The position numbers and the translations under genes were made by a program. Below, one piece after another: positions 58,855-64,000 of a stretch of 64,000 nucleotides of DNA. Every line of letters starts with the position of its first letter. Position 1 is the first letter of the stretch. Below the pieces are notes generated by a model that was not told where the DNA came from, did no database searches, and worked only from the letters and a program-made list of their open reading frames with translations. The stretch is taken from positions 186,001-250,000 of IMG/VR virus record IMGVR_UViG_3300032242_000723. One strand, given 5' to 3'.

Positions 58855-59648
58855 TCGACTTAAGTAAGTATAATCGTATCTTTACTTTTGGATGTAGCTT
58901 TACGAACTGGTATTATCCAACTTGGGCTAATATTGTTCATCAATGTGCACCTGATACTACTATGATTAATTTAGGTCAAGGCGGGGGAGGAAACTCTTTT
59001 ATTGCAAATAGAATGACACAGGCCAATAGAACCTATAACTTCTGTGAAACTGATCTAGTTATGGTAATGTGGTCTACTCTATGCAGAGAAGATAGATATT
59101 ATAATCTTAGATGGAGAACGGTAGGCAATGTGTTCTCGCAAAGTGAATATGATGAGAAGTTCGTAAAGAGTTACTGTGATCCAATCGGTTATCTGATCAA
59201 GGACCTATCAACTATTGACCTTGCAACATCATATATGAAGAATCTACCATGCGATTACTTTGACATGTTGTCGGTTCCATTCAATCATCAGATTATTGAT
59301 GAAAAAGATGAAGTGTACAAAGATGTTATACATACATATAAAGATTTGATATCACAATTTCCACCTTCTATGTATGATTTAATGGGATCATATTTCGGTA
59401 TACTAAAGTATGCTATGGACGACGGTAAAATAATGGAAGACTATCATCCGAATCCAAAAACTTTTGTTGACTATCTACAGAAGATAAAATTTCCGGTAAC
59501 TCCTGCAGCAATTGTATATGCAGAAGATGCATATAGCAAAGTGCAAACAGTTAAACATTATTTTTGGTTCGCTGCGACATTCCCAGAAATACAACATGCA
59601 TCTTCTAACTATTATACATATCAACATGAATGGAAAATCAAAGAATGA
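58851..59648 (+). CDS. SGNH/GDSL-like protein (close paralogue of 56937)
   Basis: FGCSF, GGGN, NRMTQANRTYNFCETDLV shared, DYHP. Confidence 0.55.
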   Translation: MIDLSKYNRIFTFGCSFTNWYYPTWANIVHQCAPDTTMINLGQGGGGNSFIANRMTQANRTYNFCETDLVMVMWSTLCREDRYYNLRWRTVGNVFSQSEYDEKFVKSYCDPIGYLIKDLSTIDLATSYMKNLPCDYFDMLSVPFNHQIIDEKDEVYKDVIHTYKDLISQFPPSMYDLMGSYFGILKYAMDDGKIMEDYHPNPKTFVDYLQKIKFPVTPAAIVYAEDAYSKVQTVKHYFWFAATFPEIQHASSNYYTYQHEWKIKE

Positions 59649-60829
59649 CTAAAGTAGCAATGATTGGTGTAGGAAAGCTAGGTCAAGACTGTGCAGAGAT
59701 CATGGCACAACAGTACGATGTCGTAGGCTATGACGTAGAGGTAAGAACACCTTCGTTTCCTATGCGTTATACTATACAAGAAGCCGTACAAGATAGAGAC
59801 ATTATCTTTATCGCTGCACCCACTCCACATGACCCTATGTACGGTGGAGAGACACCTACTAGCCATCTACCCAATAAAGACTTTGACTATACTATTGTCA
59901 AGGATATTCTTAGCGTAGTCAACCAGTTTGTTAACAAAGATCAGCTTGTTGTCCTTATTAGCACAGTATTGCCAGGCACTATTCGTAGACAGTTAAAGCA
60001 TTATATTACCAACAGTAGATTTATCTATAACCCATACTTGATCGCAATGGGCACGATCAAATATGACATGGTGAACCCTGAAATGATTATTATCGGGACT
60101 GAAGATGGCTCGGCAACAGGTGACGCTAAAGAACTAATTGATTTCTATCAACCACTCATGCAGAACGATCCACGTATCGAGATCGGAACCTGGGATGAAG
60201 CTGAAGCTATCAAGATATTCTATAATACATTTATCTCTGCTAAAGTCGCAATTGTTAACATGATACAAGATGTTGCCGAACGCAATGGTAATATGTGCGT
60301 TGATGTTGTCACCGGTGCATTAGAACGTTCAACATATCGTATCACGGGTCCAGCTTATATGAAGGCAGGTATGGGCGATGGTGGTGCATGTCATCCCCGT
60401 GATAATATCGCACTACGACATCTTGCTGAAGAGCTTGATCTCGGCTACGATTTGTTTGATAGTATCATGCGAGCAAGAGAAGTGCAAGCCGAAAATATGG
60501 CTATGACTATTCTTAACTACGGAAAGAATGTGACTATCGTGGGCAAAGCTTATAAGCCCGGAGTCCATTATACTAACGGGTCGTCTTCTATGCTTGTGGG
60601 ATATTATATTGAACAACAAGGTGGCACAGTAAACTACTACGATGAACACACTGGTGATACTGATATGAAAGCCGACACTACTGATGTATACTTGATCGGT
60701 TATTGGGATGACTATGTAGAGAAGCTAACGTTCCCAATCAATAGCACAGTAATAGACCCTTGGCGTAAGATGACATCTGAACAACATAAGGGCAAGATCG
60801 TCCATTACGGTAATACTAGGAAGATATAA
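59645..60829 (+). CDS. ugd: UDP-glucose/GDP-mannose 6-dehydrogenase
   Basis: GVGKLG Rossmann motif, PTP, STV.PGT, YNP, AE.IK...N.F...K, GGAC.PRD, AYK. Confidence 0.9.
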   Translation: MTKVAMIGVGKLGQDCAEIMAQQYDVVGYDVEVRTPSFPMRYTIQEAVQDRDIIFIAAPTPHDPMYGGETPTSHLPNKDFDYTIVKDILSVVNQFVNKDQLVVLISTVLPGTIRRQLKHYITNSRFIYNPYLIAMGTIKYDMVNPEMIIIGTEDGSATGDAKELIDFYQPLMQNDPRIEIGTWDEAEAIKIFYNTFISAKVAIVNMIQDVAERNGNMCVDVVTGALERSTYRITGPAYMKAGMGDGGACHPRDNIALRHLAEELDLGYDLFDSIMRAREVQAENMAMTILNYGKNVTIVGKAYKPGVHYTNGSSSMLVGYYIEQQGGTVNYYDEHTGDTDMKADTTDVYLIGYWDDYVEKLTFPINSTVIDPWRKMTSEQHKGKIVHYGNTRKI

Positions 60830-61446
60830 TGGGAATGAACTTTACGTTAATTAAACAGTACATAGAACAACTAACCCTCGAAGGCGACATATTAGAGATA
60901 GGCTCTAATAGAGGCGAGGGAAGTACCACGATTTTAGGTCAAGTTGCACTTCATAACAATAGAGTACTATATTCAGTCGATATGGATTCAATGCTCATTG
61001 ACGGAAACAAGAATTTTAATAACTCGGCTTCAGAAATTCTTCCGATTCAATTCTATAACATGAAGGGCGAAGATTTCCTTAAACAGAATAAACACCTAAA
61101 GTTCAGTGTAGTTCTACTAGATAACTTTGACTGGGACTCGTGTGCAGGATTGCCAAATACTAGTCAAGATTGGATGAAAATCATCATGGATCAAAAAGCT
61201 ATGTATCTAAGATTGATAGATACCGACATGACTAACTTAAATAGCCAAATGACTCATTTAGAGCAAGCAATGTTGTGCATTGAGTTGTTGACTGACAATT
61301 CTGTTATTATATGTGATGACACCTATAGAAGAGTTGACGGAACATATGATGGTAAGTGCGGCGCCGCAGTCCCGTATTTGATGTTACATGGATTTGAAGT
61401 CATACATTCTGATGGTTTAGGAACTATTTTAAGTAGAAGAAAATAA
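60829..61446 (+). CDS. Class I SAM-dependent methyltransferase
   Basis: ILEIGS..GEGST, LD.FDW, ICDDT motifs. Confidence 0.7.
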   Translation: MGMNFTLIKQYIEQLTLEGDILEIGSNRGEGSTTILGQVALHNNRVLYSVDMDSMLIDGNKNFNNSASEILPIQFYNMKGEDFLKQNKHLKFSVVLLDNFDWDSCAGLPNTSQDWMKIIMDQKAMYLRLIDTDMTNLNSQMTHLEQAMLCIELLTDNSVIICDDTYRRVDGTYDGKCGAAVPYLMLHGFEVIHSDGLGTILSRRK

Positions 61447-61448
61447 AT

Positions 61449-62630
61449 ATGGAAACAGTTGAACTCGACAGATATCGTCAACAGGTTGGTTACCCTGATC
61501 AGGTAAATAGATACCTAGATTCATTATGGCTAGAACTAAAACCTCATGAGGATACATGCTATTTCATCTACGCAGGCCTCAATGCAGTATACACTATATT
61601 ATTACGTAGTGATGAATCTATCATAGAACAAATCAAAAATGCTATCCTATCTGGTAAACGTAATATACTGTTTGACTGTTGCACAGAAGGTTTAGATATT
61701 AGAATCATCACTAGACTCAACAGTATAGTAGATATTGCTAGTTCATTATTTCCTGAAATCAAATTCTTTCTTATTACAGGCGCGTCAAACGGTGAAGATG
61801 CATATATAAAGGCATGTGAACAACTACAACTGACACCTAATATGAGTATAATTTCTTGTAGGTTCTTTGAGTTCAAAGCCAAAGAAGATTACGTTAAAGA
61901 ATTTATACCAACTGAGTATGCCGTGACGGTCAGACCTAAAACATATGTATGCTTGAACAATGTGCTTAGATCGCATAGACTTAGACTATTAGACGGTTTA
62001 CTATATGAAAATCTAGTAAACGACGATTGTTATTACTCGTTTTATAATCCTGCACTACCCTTTAATACTGATACTACACTGCAAGAACAAATAGTTGAAT
62101 GTTTACCTAATATACATAAGAACATAGATTATGTTGGTAAGCTTAGACTGAATTTCGATGATAATAGAACTAATCCAGTGGACGTTATACCAGAAGACAT
62201 GCCACTATTCGATGATACGTACTTCTCTCTAGTTACTGAAACAATGTACTATGATTGTACTGTACCTAAATATAAACTCGGATATGATCTACCATTCTTG
62301 AACTGTACATTCTTCTCTGAGAAGGTTTACAAGCCAATTATCATGATGCATCCTTTTCTATTGGTCGCTCGCCCACACTCTATTAGAATGCTCAAAGAAC
62401 ATGGCTTCAAAACGTTTCATCCCTATATAGATGAGAGCTATGACAGTATAGAAGAAGATGGCGATAGAATGCAAGCTATCATCGCTGAAGTTAAGAGATT
62501 ATCTAACCAAACTCCATTGGAATGGTTAATATGGTGTTCTAATGTTAAATCTATCGTAGAATATAATCAAAAATATCTCAAGGAAAACGTCAGTTACATT
62601 GTGAATAAAGATTTGTCAGTATTCAAGTGA
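61449..62630 (+). CDS. Glycosyltransferase-like protein (third member of 55822 family)
   Basis: CLN...R.HR, YFSLVTET, SEKVYKP, HPF, DESYD. Confidence 0.55.
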   Translation: METVELDRYRQQVGYPDQVNRYLDSLWLELKPHEDTCYFIYAGLNAVYTILLRSDESIIEQIKNAILSGKRNILFDCCTEGLDIRIITRLNSIVDIASSLFPEIKFFLITGASNGEDAYIKACEQLQLTPNMSIISCRFFEFKAKEDYVKEFIPTEYAVTVRPKTYVCLNNVLRSHRLRLLDGLLYENLVNDDCYYSFYNPALPFNTDTTLQEQIVECLPNIHKNIDYVGKLRLNFDDNRTNPVDVIPEDMPLFDDTYFSLVTETMYYDCTVPKYKLGYDLPFLNCTFFSEKVYKPIIMMHPFLLVARPHSIRMLKEHGFKTFHPYIDESYDSIEEDGDRMQAIIAEVKRLSNQTPLEWLIWCSNVKSIVEYNQKYLKENVSYIVNKDLSVFK

Positions 62631-62632
62631 TT

Positions 62633-62639
62633 CTAAATA
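62633..62639 (+). promoter_or_regulatory. Late-promoter-like CTAAATA
   Basis: Intergenic, upstream of the B12 radical SAM gene. Confidence 0.5.
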
Positions 62640-62668
62640 GCTGTATGACTCTAAAGGAATTTTAACAG

Positions 62669-64000
62669 TTGGTAGATTTCAAGCTAACCTCTTTGGCTAA
62701 CAAAAATACCAAGCCAAAAGAAAGACCAACTGTAGACATAACTGATTCTAGTCATCAATCAATGCTAGAAGCCATCTCTCCCTATGTTAAGCCTGCCGTT
62801 CAGAAAAATCTAACACCGATTTATGTAGATTACAAGACACGCAAGTCATCGATGGTACTTGTCACCTGTCCACTTTGGAGTCCTTATATTCCCCCGTTAG
62901 CAATAGCTAGACTGTCGGGTATAGCTAAAGCAGCAGGATACGAGACACATATCATGGATTTGAATGTGAAGGCTTATACTATTTTCCGTGATGATTGGAT
63001 CGTACACCAAAAGGTACCATTCACATTGTGGGACACATCATCAGCATGGCATTGGGCAGGCGGCATATATTATAATGATGTTCATCCTGTACTAGAACCT
63101 ATGCTCATGGAAGCAGTTGATCAGATCATTTCACTAAAGCCCTCAATAGTTAATTTCACTGTATACAGCAGTAGTGAAGAACCCACTAAGTGGATGTGTC
63201 AAGAGATCAAGCGTAGAGACCCTAATATACTAATCGCAGTAAATGGACCTAATGTACACAAAGCTTGGTATACTATCCAACCCTACTATGATTATGTTAT
63301 TGTCGGTGAAGCTGAGAAAAATCTATTGGTAATGCTTACTGAGATTGAAGAAGGTAAACTTCATACTGAACCAAGAGTATTAACACAGCCAGAGAACGAA
63401 CGTATCAATATTAATAATCTTCCTATGCCAGACTATGACTCAATCGATTTCTCATTGTATGAAATACCTAACGGCATTAATAGTGAAATTAGTAGGGGAT
63501 GTACTGCTAAATGTACCTTTTGTGATGAAACACACTTTGTACGTTATAGACAACGGCAAGCAATAGATTTGATTACAGAAATAGAGTGGCTCTATTATAA
63601 TAAAGGTACTGACGTAATATGGTTTATTGATAGTCTTATCAATGGTGACTTAAATGAACTAAGAGCGTTTGCGATAGCTTTACGAGAAAAAGACTTAAAG
63701 GTTAAGTTCACTGGATATGCCCGATGCGACGGTAGAATGAATCTAGAATATCTACAAGATTTAGCAGACGGCGGCTGTATCATGTTTAATTTTGGATGCG
63801 AAAGTGGAAGCCAAAAAGTACTTAACGATATGCACAAGGGTGTGACTATTGCCGAGATGGAGCAGAACTTCATCGACTGTAAGAAGGTTGGTATCTACTG
63901 TGCTACGAACTGGGTAGTTGGATTTCCTACTGAGAACTTTCAAGATTACTCTGACACGATGACATTCATGTGGCGTATGCGTAATATGAACATCAATAAT
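62669..64000 (+). CDS. Cobalamin-binding radical SAM protein (partial, runs off window)
   Basis: TTG start after AAGGA; frame open to window end. PP.A.A.L...A, DLN, GP, GE.E, P.PDY, SRGCTAKCTFC, FGCESGS..VL..M.KG, GFPTE motifs. Confidence 0.88.
   Translation, partial: MVDFKLTSLANKNTKPKERPTVDITDSSHQSMLEAISPYVKPAVQKNLTPIYVDYKTRKSSMVLVTCPLWSPYIPPLAIARLSGIAKAAGYETHIMDLNVKAYTIFRDDWIVHQKVPFTLWDTSSAWHWAGGIYYNDVHPVLEPMLMEAVDQIISLKPSIVNFTVYSSSEEPTKWMCQEIKRRDPNILIAVNGPNVHKAWYTIQPYYDYVIVGEAEKNLLVMLTEIEEGKLHTEPRVLTQPENERININNLPMPDYDSIDFSLYEIPNGINSEISRGCTAKCTFCDETHFVRYRQRQAIDLITEIEWLYYNKGTDVIWFIDSLINGDLNELRAFAIALREKDLKVKFTGYARCDGRMNLEYLQDLADGGCIMFNFGCESGSQKVLNDMHKGVTIAEMEQNFIDCKKVGIYCATNWVVGFPTENFQDYSDTMTFMWRMRNMNINN

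Noticed and set aside
1-64000. Stop-codon reassignment, or a eukaryotic giant-virus origin
   Set aside because: Long ORFs are intact in the standard code. SD sequences, sigma70/gp55 promoters and contractile-tail genes indicate a bacteriophage.

Overview
A 64 kb piece of a large T4-related (jumbo-type) myophage genome in the standard genetic code. (1) 1-1.4 kb: the 5' end of a probable tape-measure gene and a divergent gp26-like tail assembly gene. That gene ends in a T-TTT-TTC slippery site feeding a start-less -1 frame ORF (gp51-like). (2) 1.4-1.96 kb: a ~500 nt non-coding, hairpin-rich region (candidate large ncRNA or origin). (3) 2-7.4 kb, minus strand: Holliday junction resolvase, gp46/gp47 (Rad50/Mre11), a GIY-YIG homing endonuclease under hairpin/late-promoter control, and the gp55 late sigma factor. 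(4) 7.5-42.8 kb: contractile-tail baseplate genes (tube initiator, gp53, hub, gp5/VgrG, gp25, gp6), a 6605-aa modular virion protein and fibre-like proteins, preceded by (G/T/C)(A)TAAATA late promoters. (5) 42.9-64 kb: a tightly coupled sugar-modification cluster with six glycosyltransferase-like genes, six radical SAM enzymes (one cobalamin-binding), two SGNH-like proteins, UDP-glucose dehydrogenase and a methyltransferase. Inside it lies an array of ten small ORFs with variable N-termini, a shared C-terminal F-x(7-8)-F-x-L-R-W motif and ATGA-coupled junctions. I saw no tRNA, rRNA or CRISPR array. All family calls come from motifs recognised by eye; no database searches were run.
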